Source: Longimicrobiales bacterium (lineage in GTDB: Bacteria > Gemmatimonadota > Gemmatimonadetes > Longimicrobiales > Gaopeijiaceae). From it: 64,000 nt of DNA. Below are positions 1 through 9,613 of the stretch, piece after piece (the stretch's first letter is position 1; each line of letters opens with the position of its first letter). The DNA is taken from assembly GCA_965203485.1 (NCBI GenBank), contig OZ241892.1, positions 1-64,000 on the forward strand. Direction: 5' to 3'. Both the position numbers and the translations under genes were made by a program. The notes beneath the pieces were generated by a model that did no database searches, was not told where the DNA came from, and saw nothing but the letters and a program-made list of their open reading frames with translations.

Positions 1-395
1 AACGGAACAAATTCGTACACGGGGCGCACGAACCACCCCCACCATGCGATCAGGGTCCCCTGTGCAAGGATCTGAATGCCGTGCGGACGCCGCCAGGCCA
101 GCTCGAGCGCCGAGCCGCGTCCCCTCGCCAAGAGCGCGAGAGTCCACGCCGTCACGCCTCCGGCCGCCGCCAAGAACGTCCAGCGCATCGCCGGAATGCC
201 CCACACCACCGGGAGGAAGAGGTAGCCGGCCAACGCCGCTCCCAATACCGCAGGAAACGCCAGCGGCAGAGCCGAAGGCCGTCGCTTGCCCGGCTCGCGC
301 TTGCCCGCGGCGGGCGTCACCGCCCCGGCGACGAATTCAGCCGCGCCGCGCGGCGACGCGCTCCCATTGGCGGGAACTTCGGAGCCGCGATGCAC
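1..395 (-). CDS. Multi-pass membrane protein, 3'-partial (runs off the left edge); possibly UnbU/RnfD-like
   Basis: Manual translation of the minus strand is open from GTG 395 (alternative GTG 320) to the window edge: ...LPLAFPAVLGAALAGYLFLPVVWG...HGIQILAQGTLIAWWGWFVRPVYEFVP. It is hydrophobic and absent from the ORF track because it has no stop in the window. The family guess is from memory of similar motifs. Confidence 0.6.
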   Translation of the reverse strand, partial: MHRGSEVPANGSASPRGAAEFVAGAVTPAAGKREPGKRRPSALPLAFPAVLGAALAGYLFLPVVWGIPAMRWTFLAAAGGVTAWTLALLARGRGSALELAWRRPHGIQILAQGTLIAWWGWFVRPVYEFVP

Positions 396-419
396 CTGTG
401 AACTTGCTCGAATAGTCGA

Positions 420-454
420 ACCGCCCCCCGGCCGCGAATGGGCCGGGGGGCGGT
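420..454 (-). terminator. GC-rich hairpin downstream of the first susD-like gene
   Basis: Perfect 14-bp inverted repeat accgccccccggcc / ggccggggggcggt with a 7-nt loop, 30 nt after the stop codon; only a weak U-tract. Confidence 0.55.
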
Positions 455-483
455 CGCACAGATCAGGCGCACCTGCAATCGCG

Positions 484-1857
484 TCACCGCGTGATGCAGA
501 AGTCCTTGACCTTCTCGTTCACCTGGCATTCCTGGTCCGAGACGGGCATGCAAGCGGCCCGTCTCGCCACCGTCGCTTCGTATCCCCCGACTCCGCCGCC
601 GTTCAAGTGCGGATGGTCCCACCGGCGCAGGTCCCACAGACGCCGGCCCTCGAGCCAGAGCGTCAAGTGGCGTTCGCGGTCCAAGATGTCCCAGAAAGAC
701 ATCGACGTCGGGTTTGCGCCACCGCCTTCGCCGCCGGTGATCTCGCCTACGCCGTCCGCCTCCAAGGCGTCCAGGCCGTGAAACGCCCGGACCTCGTTGA
801 TCTTGGCCATGGCGGCGTCCAGGTCGCTGTCGGCGACCATCGCCTTCTCGGCTTCGATCAGGCGCATCTCGGTGCCCTTGACCAAGGGAATGCCGTCTTC
901 TCTCGTCGGATACTTCTCCTGCCTCAAGTGCGGCGTGACGCCGTCGGCGCCGTTGACGTTCGCGCATCCGGCTCCGGACTTCGTGCAGTCGGTCCAAGGC
1001 GTCCTGGGGTCTCCCTCGCCGACCGTGCCCGCGAGCGTCTGCCAGGCCGACACCTCCTGCCGCCCGTGCGTCTCGTTCCACAATTGGCTCGTCTCGCGGC
1101 CTGAATTGGACGAATAGTTGGCCTCGTACACGAAGTCCGTCGGCACCTTGGCCGCGTGGCCCGCAGCTTCGGCCAGCCGTCCCAGGCCCATCTTCACCTG
1201 CGCCAGCACGCCCTCCGCCCCCATGACGATGTCGGACGAGCCCGCCATGGCTCCATGCCGCACCGCCTCGTTGAGCACGGGTATTGCGCGCTCGAGCGCG
1301 GCGCTGTGATCCAACCGGTCGCCGGTGTCGGACTCGCCGCCCGGGCCGGTCACGTCGCCCGCATACGGCTGGGTGAACACGGCGTCGCAGAAGTTCTCTC
1401 CCAGCCAGCGATTGGAGAGCCCGGCGAACAGGTACGCCCTCGCCGTCAAGGCGTTGCCCTCGAAAGTGTAGCCCTCGATGTTCTTCATGCGAAGAAGGCC
1501 GGCTTCGGCCACCCAACGAGCCTCGTGCACGGCGGCCCAGAAGCCGTTGGAATCGTCCGAGTCGAAGAGCCCGCGCCGGTAGCGGCCGGTGGAAAAGTAG
1601 CTTCCCGAGCCCACGATCTCGTCGGACAGAATCGCTGTGGCGAACGTCAGGTTGTCGTATCCGTTCGAGAAGTCGGACGACATGCCCACGACCATCGGCG
1701 CCACCGCGCGGGGAATGTTCAGGTCCGAGTCGAGAATTCTGCCCGGGTTCTCGACCTCGAACAAGTCGCCTTCGCATCCCGCCAATCCGAACGCCGCCAA
1801 GACGGCGCACAGCGACGAGACGTGCATCTTCATCGTCTTCACGTTCTTGACTTTCAC
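484..1857 (-). CDS. RagB/SusD-family outer-membrane nutrient-binding lipoprotein
   Basis: Lipobox LAGC; C-terminal EMRLIEAE...INEVR...ERHLTLWLEGRRLWDLRRW SusD signature; directly follows a TonB-dependent receptor. Confidence 0.9.
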   Translation of the reverse strand: MKVKNVKTMKMHVSSLCAVLAAFGLAGCEGDLFEVENPGRILDSDLNIPRAVAPMVVGMSSDFSNGYDNLTFATAILSDEIVGSGSYFSTGRYRRGLFDSDDSNGFWAAVHEARWVAEAGLLRMKNIEGYTFEGNALTARAYLFAGLSNRWLGENFCDAVFTQPYAGDVTGPGGESDTGDRLDHSAALERAIPVLNEAVRHGAMAGSSDIVMGAEGVLAQVKMGLGRLAEAAGHAAKVPTDFVYEANYSSNSGRETSQLWNETHGRQEVSAWQTLAGTVGEGDPRTPWTDCTKSGAGCANVNGADGVTPHLRQEKYPTREDGIPLVKGTEMRLIEAEKAMVADSDLDAAMAKINEVRAFHGLDALEADGVGEITGGEGGGANPTSMSFWDILDRERHLTLWLEGRRLWDLRRWDHPHLNGGGVGGYEATVARRAACMPVSDQECQVNEKVKDFCITR

Positions 1858-1874
1858 GTTCTAGCCCCCTTCCT

Positions 1875-4800
1875 CTAGAAGTCGACCTTGACCGACAGCT
1901 GCATGCTGCGGAAAGGCGGCAAGTTGTAGTATTCCTGGCGGAACAGCACTTCGGCGGAACCGTCCTCGAACGCTTCGGGGTCCACGCCTTCGTAGTCCGT
2001 GAAGGTCAGCAGGTTGCGCCCCTGCAACCTCACCGTTGCCGCGCGAAGCTGTCCCGGCAACCAATCCTCGGGCAGGCGGAAGCTCAACGACGCGGAACGC
2101 AGCTTCACGAAGTCCGCAGGTTGCGTCCACATGCCGTAGCGCGTCCGGCCGGGGTCGCACAGCGCGCGTTCCCGAGCCGTGAGCTGGTTCGTCTCGCCGG
2201 CCCTGATGCGGGCCACCGTCTCGCGGCACGTGGGCCAGACCCGGCGGCGAGCGTTCTGGTATGCCGTGCCCGACGACAGCCAATGACCGCCCTGGGCCTC
2301 CCACACCATGTCCATCGTGAGGCGGTCGGCGAACGTGACGGCGGCGTTCCAGCCGATCGTCCGCGTAGGCGACGTGTTGCCCAGGCACTGGTCGGCATAC
2401 ACTGGAGCCGCCACCTCGTCCGGATTCTGCACTCGGTCCTCGCAGAAGACCGGCAACGGGTAGTACACCATTTCCCCGATCGTGCAACCCTGCCCGATGA
2501 ACCCGTTCCCGTCGAAGGAGACCGCGTTGGACATCGCCTCCGTGCATTCCTGGGGCGCGTGCACGTAGTTCCGCCAACCGTATGGGAGCCTGGTGAGACC
2601 GCCCAGATCGAGCACCTTCGAGTTGTTCGTGGAAAGCCTGGCGCCGGCGTCCACGACGAACCGGTCGGTCGTCAGCACCGTCGCGTTGACTCCGAGCTCG
2701 TGGCCGGTGGTCTGGATTTCGCCGACGTTGCTGAACTGCGCGTTGGCAAATCCCTGGCTGGCCGGTTGCGTAACCGGAATCAGCGCGTCGAAGGTGTTCT
2801 GGTTGAAGTAGTTGTACTCGTACGAGACGCGGCCATCGACCATCGAGCCCTCAAATCCGACTTCCCACTCGCGCGTGCGTTCGGGGCCGAGTTCCGAATT
2901 GCCCAAGTTGCTCGGCGAAAGGCCGGGCCTGCCGTCGTCTCCCGCCACCGAGGCCCATGTCCTGACCGCGTCGAAGAGGCCCGGGGCCTTTCCGGACTCT
3001 CCGAGGGCCGTGCGGAGCTTAAGCGTCCCGAGGTATTCGGGGAAGAAGGTCTCGTCGGAAATCACATAGGAAACCGATGCCTTCGGATACGGTTGCAGAC
3101 CGAAATCGGATCCGAAAGCCGAGTGCCCGTCGACTCGGAGGCCGACGGTGACGAACAGGCGGTCGGCCATGCCCACCCTCTCCTGGAAGAAGAAGCCGCC
3201 GGTCGTCACTCGTTGGTTGGTCTCGAACGCTTCCGTTATGGCCCCGGAGTTGACGACCTTCGCGCCTGGACCAGAAAAGTCTTCCCCGAAGCCGTTGTTG
3301 CCCGTGACGAAGTCGTTGTAGAGCTGAGCCCCCCAAGAAAACTCCGACGACACGCCGAACAGATCCGCCAACCACGCGCCGGAATAGTCCAGCGTCAGCT
3401 TCCGGAAGGTCTCTTCGTCCGACTCGCGATCCCCCAACGCGACGCGGAAGTAGCCCCAAGGACGCTCCTCGAGATACGTGTTGCGCACCCAATCGATGCC
3501 CGTGTTGAGGCGGTGGGTGATGCCGTGGTCCGCGTTCCAGAGGATGTTCATGCCGGTAATGAAGTGGTCGTTGACGTTCGTGATGTCCATGTCGAGGAGC
3601 TTGCCGTCCTCGTCGTTCGTGTAGTCGTTGCCGCCTCTGAAGACGTTGAGCAGCAAGCCCTCGGCGTTGTTGCCGTCGGGGACCCAAGTCACGTCGCGAT
3701 GAGCGTAGTACGTGTTGAGCCGAACATCCACGCCTTCTGCCGGCGAGAACGCGAAGTTGCCGCGAAGGTTCCAGCTCTCCTGTCCTTGTTCGGGCCGCTT
3801 CGCCCCCCGCTTCTCGCCGGTTTCCGGGTAATAGCCCGTGTCGAACACGCCGCCCTCCGAACCCCATCGCGCGGACATGTAGTAATTCATTCGCTCCGTG
3901 CCGCCGCGCACCGACAGGTTGTAGTTCTGAACGTGGCCGTTCTTGAGCCATGAACCGCTGGCAGGACAGGACGGATCGGCGGGAAACTGGTCATCGCCGT
4001 TCGGGAAGTCGGCGTTGCCCGTGAAGTTGCAGTTGTTGAGTCCGAGGCCGGTCGGGTTGACGGACGCGTCCGGCCCGATGTGGCCGAGACTGTTGATGCC
4101 CTGATCGACCACCAAGGACCAAGCCGGGGCGCCGGCCGCGCCGCGCTTCGTGAAGAGCTGGATCACGCCGCCCGACGCCTCGGTGCCGTAGAGCGTCGTG
4201 GCCGCCGCTCCCTTGATCACCTCCATGCGCTCGACGTCGTGCCAGTTGATGTCGTCGAACGGATTGGTCTGCTGGTTGGCCTCGTCCGAGTGAATGAGTC
4301 CGCGCTCGCGCATCCGCACGCCGTCCACGTAAATGAGCGGCGAGTTGCTGAAGGACACCGAGTTGTTCCCCCGCAACTTGATCGTCGAGCCGGCGCCGAC
4401 CTGCCCGCCGTTCGACAGCGCCACCACGCCCAGCGTCCGGCCCTGAAGAGCGTCCGCCACGCGCGTGATGGGCTGCGACTCGAAGACGTCTCCGGTCAGT
4501 TGCGCCACCGAGTTGCCGATCTCGCGCCTGCGTGCCGCGCCCGCCGTCCCGGTGACCACGACGCCTTCCAAGCTGATCGCGTCGGACTCCAGGAGGAAGT
4601 CCGCCGTCGCGGCGCCGCCCGCGGCCACGGTGATCTCCATCGTCTGGCTCTCGTAGCCGATGTAGATCACCTCGAGCGTGTGCGTCCCGCTCGGGATGCC
4701 CGGCAGCAGGTAGCGCCCCACGTTGTTGGTGACTTGCCCCATGCCCAGCGCCGGGATGGCGACCCGGGCCTCGACGAGGGGGGAGTTGTTGGCCGCGTTT

Positions 4801-4931
4801 CGAACGGTGCCGGTGATCGTGCCGGTCTGTGCCGCCAAGGGGGGGGGTGCCGCGAGCGCGAGCGCGGCAACCGCGATCGTCGGCCATCGTCCGAGAGACG
4901 ACGGTCCAAATCGAACGTTCCTAATGGTCAT
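1875..4931 (-). CDS. SusC/RagA-family TonB-dependent receptor
   Basis: Signal peptide, N-terminal carboxypeptidase-regulatory-like domain (TGTITGTV), plug motifs PLIYVDGV and ERMEVIKGAAATTLYGTEASGGVIQLFTKRG, LGPERTREWEVG, C-terminal Phe; GGAGG RBS. Confidence 0.93.
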   Translation of the reverse strand: MTIRNVRFGPSSLGRWPTIAVAALALAAPPPLAAQTGTITGTVRNAANNSPLVEARVAIPALGMGQVTNNVGRYLLPGIPSGTHTLEVIYIGYESQTMEITVAAGGAATADFLLESDAISLEGVVVTGTAGAARRREIGNSVAQLTGDVFESQPITRVADALQGRTLGVVALSNGGQVGAGSTIKLRGNNSVSFSNSPLIYVDGVRMRERGLIHSDEANQQTNPFDDINWHDVERMEVIKGAAATTLYGTEASGGVIQLFTKRGAAGAPAWSLVVDQGINSLGHIGPDASVNPTGLGLNNCNFTGNADFPNGDDQFPADPSCPASGSWLKNGHVQNYNLSVRGGTERMNYYMSARWGSEGGVFDTGYYPETGEKRGAKRPEQGQESWNLRGNFAFSPAEGVDVRLNTYYAHRDVTWVPDGNNAEGLLLNVFRGGNDYTNDEDGKLLDMDITNVNDHFITGMNILWNADHGITHRLNTGIDWVRNTYLEERPWGYFRVALGDRESDEETFRKLTLDYSGAWLADLFGVSSEFSWGAQLYNDFVTGNNGFGEDFSGPGAKVVNSGAITEAFETNQRVTTGGFFFQERVGMADRLFVTVGLRVDGHSAFGSDFGLQPYPKASVSYVISDETFFPEYLGTLKLRTALGESGKAPGLFDAVRTWASVAGDDGRPGLSPSNLGNSELGPERTREWEVGFEGSMVDGRVSYEYNYFNQNTFDALIPVTQPASQGFANAQFSNVGEIQTTGHELGVNATVLTTDRFVVDAGARLSTNNSKVLDLGGLTRLPYGWRNYVHAPQECTEAMSNAVSFDGNGFIGQGCTIGEMVYYPLPVFCEDRVQNPDEVAAPVYADQCLGNTSPTRTIGWNAAVTFADRLTMDMVWEAQGGHWLSSGTAYQNARRRVWPTCRETVARIRAGETNQLTARERALCDPGRTRYGMWTQPADFVKLRSASLSFRLPEDWLPGQLRAATVRLQGRNLLTFTDYEGVDPEAFEDGSAEVLFRQEYYNLPPFRSMQLSVKVDF

Positions 4932-5097
4932 CTTGCCTCCGTGTGCGTGATGAGACTGGACGCAGGAGTGGCGTCCGGCGGCGCGGTCGCCCGGCGGGCG
5001 GGTGCGCCGCGTGAAGCGGCTACGACGATACTACGAAGATGGCGGTGCGCGCAAGCGAGCGCGAGTCCGATCCGAGAGGTCCGGGAGGCTCCCTCGG

Positions 5098-5745
5098 TCA
5101 CCTGCCGAACGGGAAGGAGATGAAGAAAAGCGGCGTCAACGCCTCCGGCCCGCCCGTGTCGGGGTCGCCGCCCTGCCCGCCGCCCTCGAACCCCAGGTAG
5201 GCCAGCACGCCCACACCCCCCACGATCGCGCCGGAAAGGAGCAGGCTCCTGGCCAGCTCGGGCTTGCGGCGCTCCAAGAAGACCACCGACGCCGGCGCGA
5301 GGGTCACCGTGCGGTAGCCGGTGGCGTTCTGCAGCTGAAAGGTCGCCGAGTCTCCGGCCATGCCGACGAAGCGGCCCGCCAAGCGGCCCCTAGGGCCCTC
5401 GGCGAACGCGACCAGCGCGGGCAACTCCGAATCGTCCACTTCGAGCCGCACGCGGTCGCGGGGCGACAGGTCGTCGACGACGGCATGCTGGTACGTGGCG
5501 CACCCGGCAAGCTGGACGGCGGCCGTCGTCGCGACAATCAGACCCGTGCGGCGATGGTTTCGCCGAGCGCGCGGGCGAGCCGCGCGACGACGTTGCGCTG
5601 CCGCCGGAATCAGCCCGGCCCGTTGGTGGCCTCGGCCAAGCGTTCGCGCCTGTGCCCGGACGGCGGGCGTCTTCGCACCCGTCTTGCTCTGGTCGTTCAC
5701 GTCCGCCATCCGCAATTGGTCATCGGGTCGCCTCGGCTTCGACAT
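5098..5745 (-). CDS. Conserved hypothetical lipoprotein with C-terminal TM helix (paralog of 30005-30592)
   Basis: LAGC lipobox followed by ATYQHAVVDDLSPRDRVRL; C-terminal hydrophobic helix; start uncertain (ATG 5745 chosen). Confidence 0.65.
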   Translation of the reverse strand: MSKPRRPDDQLRMADVNDQSKTGAKTPAVRAQARTLGRGHQRAGLIPAAAQRRRAARPRARRNHRRTGLIVATTAAVQLAGCATYQHAVVDDLSPRDRVRLEVDDSELPALVAFAEGPRGRLAGRFVGMAGDSATFQLQNATGYRTVTLAPASVVFLERRKPELARSLLLSGAIVGGVGVLAYLGFEGGGQGGDPDTGGPEALTPLFFISFPFGR

Positions 5746-5775
5746 GATCGCCCACGTAGCACCTAGCTTCGCCCA

Positions 5776-5805
5776 AGAGTACCGCGAACGGCTAGGCCAA
5801 GTCAA
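5776..5805 (-). promoter_or_regulatory. Putative sigma-70 promoter for the lipoprotein-susC-susD unit
   Basis: Minus strand TTGACT-N18-TACTCT, about 30 nt upstream of ATG 5745. Confidence 0.35.
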
Positions 5806-5911
5806 GCGGCTTCCTTTGGGGGAGACGTCAAGCCAATGTAGAATGTCCGAAATCGGCGAGAGTAGAAATGCCCGCCCCTAGGGATGAGCCCCCCCCCACG
5901 GCCCGGGGGCG

Positions 5912-7333
5912 TCACCTCCCGCGTCGCATCTGTCCGCCCGGATAGGCTACCGGACTCTCGTTGCCGTCGCGGCCCACGGCCGCCACGCCGAAGAGATAGT
6001 TGTCGATTACCAGCCCATCCAGCGTGAAGGAGGTGGCGTCGCCGACCCAGCGCGAACGTTGCCAGCGCGGAGCAGTGGTGTCGCGCCAGTAAACCTTGTA
6101 GCCGGCCAAGCGCGCATCGTCGACGGCGTCCCAGGCCAGCGTCGTCGAAGGCCGGACGGCTCCCCCGATCAGCACGTTGGACGGGGCGGGGGGCGCCCAC
6201 GCGAGCTGGGCCAGCACGGCCGCGTTGAGCGCTGTGAGCTTGGCGGCGTAGTCGAAGTTCACCCCCTCCACGACGTCTCCGTATTCGATGCCGTTCTCGG
6301 TTCGGATGTCCTGGTGCTGGCGGACGTAGTTCTCGTGCGTCTCCATGATGCGGACCGCCGCGAATCCCTCGTCGTTGAAGGGCCGGTGATGACCGCCCCG
6401 CCCGAACCGGTCCAGCCGGTAGATCATGATCGGGTCCAGGTTCGGGACGTAGCGGTCGGCGGTGCGGGCCACATAGCGTGCCAGCTGGCGCGACGGACCG
6501 TCCACCTCGCCGCCGAACACGCGGTAGCGGGCGCGGTCGCGCTCGGTGTCTGTCGCCGGTGTGGGCTCGGAGAAGACGCGAAACGTGTTGTTCTCGATCA
6601 CCCCGTCCACGCCCTCGATGTTGCCGATCATGTCGTTGTTGAGGACGCCGGCGATCTCCCAACCCTCTTCCTGCGCCACTCGCGCCATGTGGCGGCCGCC
6701 CCAGAGGCCCTGCTCCTCGCCCGAGAGCCCGGCCAGCACGACGGTGCTCCCGAACTCGTAGTCCGCCAGCAACCGGGCCGCCTCGATCGCTCCGGCCATT
6801 CCGGACGCGTTGTCGTTGGCGCCGGGCGCGTCGGACTCGCCGTCGGATCCGTCGGACGCCCGCGAGTCGATGTCGCCCGACATGATCACGTACCGGTTCG
6901 GGGCCGTTGTCCCGCGCTTGATCGCCAGCACGTTGACGACCCACGTGTCCTGCGGGATGCGTGGGCTGTCCTCCGCAGTGACCAGATTGCGCTGGTAGAC
7001 GACCTCGTAGCACCCTCCGCAAGCCGCCGAAACGCGCTCGAACTCCGCCTTGATCCACCTCCGGGCGGCTCCGATGCCGCGAGATTCGGACAACGTGTCC
7101 GAGAACGTGTTGCGCGTGCCGAAGGCCGCCAGCGCCTGGATGTCCGCCTCGACCCGCGCGGCGGAAGCCGATGCGACGATGTCGTGGATGCGCGGGTCGG
7201 CCTGGGGCGGCGGAAGCTGCACGGCATGCGCGCGCAACGCCGCGGGGGCCAGCGAGAGAATGGCCGACGCCACTACGGCCAAGGCGGCGCCTTTGGCGGT
7301 CTTGGTTCGGATTCCTGCGTGGGCTCTGCTCAT
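5912..7333 (-). CDS. Secreted M28-family metallopeptidase with C-terminal Fn3-like domain
   Basis: Signal peptide; GDIDSR, PGANDNASG, SGEEQGLWG, LNNDMIG and GGHH motifs; LAWDA..LAGYKVYWR Fn3-like tail. Confidence 0.88.
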   Translation of the reverse strand: MSRAHAGIRTKTAKGAALAVVASAILSLAPAALRAHAVQLPPPQADPRIHDIVASASAARVEADIQALAAFGTRNTFSDTLSESRGIGAARRWIKAEFERVSAACGGCYEVVYQRNLVTAEDSPRIPQDTWVVNVLAIKRGTTAPNRYVIMSGDIDSRASDGSDGESDAPGANDNASGMAGAIEAARLLADYEFGSTVVLAGLSGEEQGLWGGRHMARVAQEEGWEIAGVLNNDMIGNIEGVDGVIENNTFRVFSEPTPATDTERDRARYRVFGGEVDGPSRQLARYVARTADRYVPNLDPIMIYRLDRFGRGGHHRPFNDEGFAAVRIMETHENYVRQHQDIRTENGIEYGDVVEGVNFDYAAKLTALNAAVLAQLAWAPPAPSNVLIGGAVRPSTTLAWDAVDDARLAGYKVYWRDTTAPRWQRSRWVGDATSFTLDGLVIDNYLFGVAAVGRDGNESPVAYPGGQMRRGR

Positions 7334-7454
7334 TCCACCTCGTGCTCCGCGTTGGGTTGGGTTGACTGGCGACCCAAACTTGCCGCCGCCTCAGCCGGAC
7401 CGGCAACCTCGCGCGTCGGTCCTGCACGTCCCGGCGGAGCCCGGCCCGCCGCGA

Positions 7455-9227
7455 TCAGTCCCCCTCCGCCAGCGCAGCCACGAAGACCCGGTCGACGCCC
7501 ATGGCGTCCCTCTCGTGCAGCAGGACATGGGAGCCCGCAGCATCGAGCAGTTCCAATGTGGACTGACCAACCACGACGAACCGCGCCTCGGTCAGGTCGT
7601 CGGGTTCCCATACCTGCCAGCGCGCATCGCCGTCGTCCGGCATCGCGTACGCACGCAACCAGAGTCGGCCGTCGAAGTCGACAAACAGCTTGTCGATCGC
7701 GGGAGCCGTTCGGTTGGCGGCCACATTCGCCACGTTCTCCAGCTTGACCTTCGCGCTCTGCCTGAAGGCTTCACCGGCCGGGCCCCCGCTACGACGGGCC
7801 ATGCGACGGCGCAAACGCTCGCGCGCGTGCTCTCGCGCCATTTCGACTTGCTTGGCGGACGCCTCCTTCCCCTGGGCCAGCGAGAGTTCGCCGGCCGTCT
7901 CGCCGTCGCGGTCGACCATCCTGACCTTTCCCCGATCGGTCTGCGCGATGGCGATCCGATCGCCGAGCTGGGCCTCGAGAAGCAGGTGCCCCAGCACTAC
8001 CGCCTGAGTGCCGCCGCCGTGTCCCCAGTATTCCGGCCCGTCGGCCTCAGCGACCACACCGGCGACCCCGTCCTTCGTGACCGCCAAGTATCGCACCTTC
8101 TCCCTGTAGCGCCCGTGGGGGTCTCCCGGAACATCCCCATCCCGAAAGATGACGACGCCGTCCGAGAGCACCGCGACGGGCGAGGCTATGGGCTTGTTGA
8201 ACCACAGGAAACTGTATGCCCAGCTGTTGGTGAGTTCACCAGTTGCGGAGAACATCGTGATGCGTGCCTGCTGAGGGTCCCAGGTCGCAAACCCGTCTGA
8301 CGTGCGCACTGCATCCATCAGCAACCGGAATTCGCCGGGCCCGTCGCCCTGCCTCCCAATTGTCCTCAAGTCTCCCGTCGGCAAGTCGACCAAATGAATT
8401 TCCGCGTTCATTCGGTCGGCCATCATCAAGCGTTGAGCGTCCACGAACATCGCGGCGGCCAATTGCCCGAGTTCCGCCACCGCCGTGTCCCAGTGCAACG
8501 ACGAATCGAACACATCGGCTTCCCCGATGCGCAACGAACGTGGGGCGACATCTTTTCTCGCCGTACGTTGTTTCGTCGGCAGGCTGGCCAGCGCTTCGGC
8601 CAATCCTGCTGTTCCGACGAAGATGCCGCTTCTTGCCACGAAAGCAGGCGTGCCCGCTACTTGAAGCGTCCTTCCCATCTGAATATCCTCTTCTATCCGC
8701 TCGTTCGTTTCGGGTTGCTGCATGCACTGCTCAAAGTCGCCAATGTCGCGTACGCTTGCTCGTCTCGCCAATGCACTCCAGTCGGGATTCTCGATCCATG
8801 CGTCGTCGGCAAGCAACAATGCATGGATCTCCGCGAACGAGCCCTGTGCCGTCGCGCAGACCGCCGCCGCGGCCGCTGCATAGGCGTTCGGATGCAGGTC
8901 GCTCAGTGGAAAGTGCCGAATTGCAATCTTAGCCCGTCCGGAACTGGCCACTGCTGACACCGCATGCGATAGTTGACGGCAGGATGGACAAGCGTAATCG
9001 ACAAATTCGACGATGATGGAGGCGTTGCTTTCGGCCACACCATCCGCACCGAGAATGGCCGGAGTGTCGACCATGTCGGACCATGCCGCCTCTATTCGCT
9101 GACGGTCTTTCCAGGCGTCGTAGCTTCGCGCAATCGTCCGCCCGACGGGGCCGGACGGACCAACGAGCAACAGGCCAACCGCCGTTAATATGACGATGTT
9201 CACGATGAAGTTGAGACGATCTTTCAT
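7455..9227 (-). CDS. DsbA/thioredoxin domain fused to a 6-bladed beta-propeller; N-terminal membrane anchor
   Basis: VEFVDYACPSC (CXXC), RHFPL and GTP cis-Pro loop; then IGRQGDGPGEFR and PAIDKLFVDFDGRLWLR propeller motifs. Confidence 0.85.
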   Translation of the reverse strand: MKDRLNFIVNIVILTAVGLLLVGPSGPVGRTIARSYDAWKDRQRIEAAWSDMVDTPAILGADGVAESNASIIVEFVDYACPSCRQLSHAVSAVASSGRAKIAIRHFPLSDLHPNAYAAAAAAVCATAQGSFAEIHALLLADDAWIENPDWSALARRASVRDIGDFEQCMQQPETNERIEEDIQMGRTLQVAGTPAFVARSGIFVGTAGLAEALASLPTKQRTARKDVAPRSLRIGEADVFDSSLHWDTAVAELGQLAAAMFVDAQRLMMADRMNAEIHLVDLPTGDLRTIGRQGDGPGEFRLLMDAVRTSDGFATWDPQQARITMFSATGELTNSWAYSFLWFNKPIASPVAVLSDGVVIFRDGDVPGDPHGRYREKVRYLAVTKDGVAGVVAEADGPEYWGHGGGTQAVVLGHLLLEAQLGDRIAIAQTDRGKVRMVDRDGETAGELSLAQGKEASAKQVEMAREHARERLRRRMARRSGGPAGEAFRQSAKVKLENVANVAANRTAPAIDKLFVDFDGRLWLRAYAMPDDGDARWQVWEPDDLTEARFVVVGQSTLELLDAAGSHVLLHERDAMGVDRVFVAALAEGD

Positions 9228-9268
9228 TTCGCGTCCTCGTTCTAGGTCCCTTCTCGGATGCCTTTTCC

Positions 9269-9613
9269 GGCCAGCTGCCCGTTCTGGTCACATCATCTGG
9301 GTACCACAGACTAGCTCTTGTGCAACTTCGATTTCGTTTCTTCTACTCGAAGCTGCAGTCTGTATGGATGTGGTCGGCGCAAAAGAGGATCTCGCAATCC
9401 TGGTTCGCAACCTCGCACAGGATGCACCCTGCCGCCCAGCGGCAGGGACCGTCGGCGGCCGCATCGTTGGTCGCCTCGACGTCGCTGGCCAGGATTCCGA
9501 TCAGCAGCAGTCCGAGCAAGCGGATGATGAGAGTATCTTCGGTTTCACGGCTTTCCCTCCTCTTGTGTGGAGTGATGTTTGATTCGAACGCGACCTGAAG
9601 CGGGCAGCTGGCC
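9269..9613. repeat. Imperfect 21/22-bp inverted repeat pair bracketing the small peptide gene
   Basis: 9269-9289 ggccagctgcccgttctggtc versus the reverse complement of 9592-9613, ggccagctgcccgcttcaggtc; perfect 13-bp core. Confidence 0.7.
9343..9548 (-). CDS. Small secreted six-cysteine peptide, apparently frameshifted near its 5' end
   Basis: GGAGG RBS and a GTG at 9548 overlapping the upstream stop (GTGA). The hydrophobic segment LIIRLLGLLLIGILASDVEA and the tail TNDAAADGPCRWAAGCILCEVANQDCEILFCADHIHTDCSFE lie in a shifted frame (track ORF 9343-9615). Confidence 0.55.
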
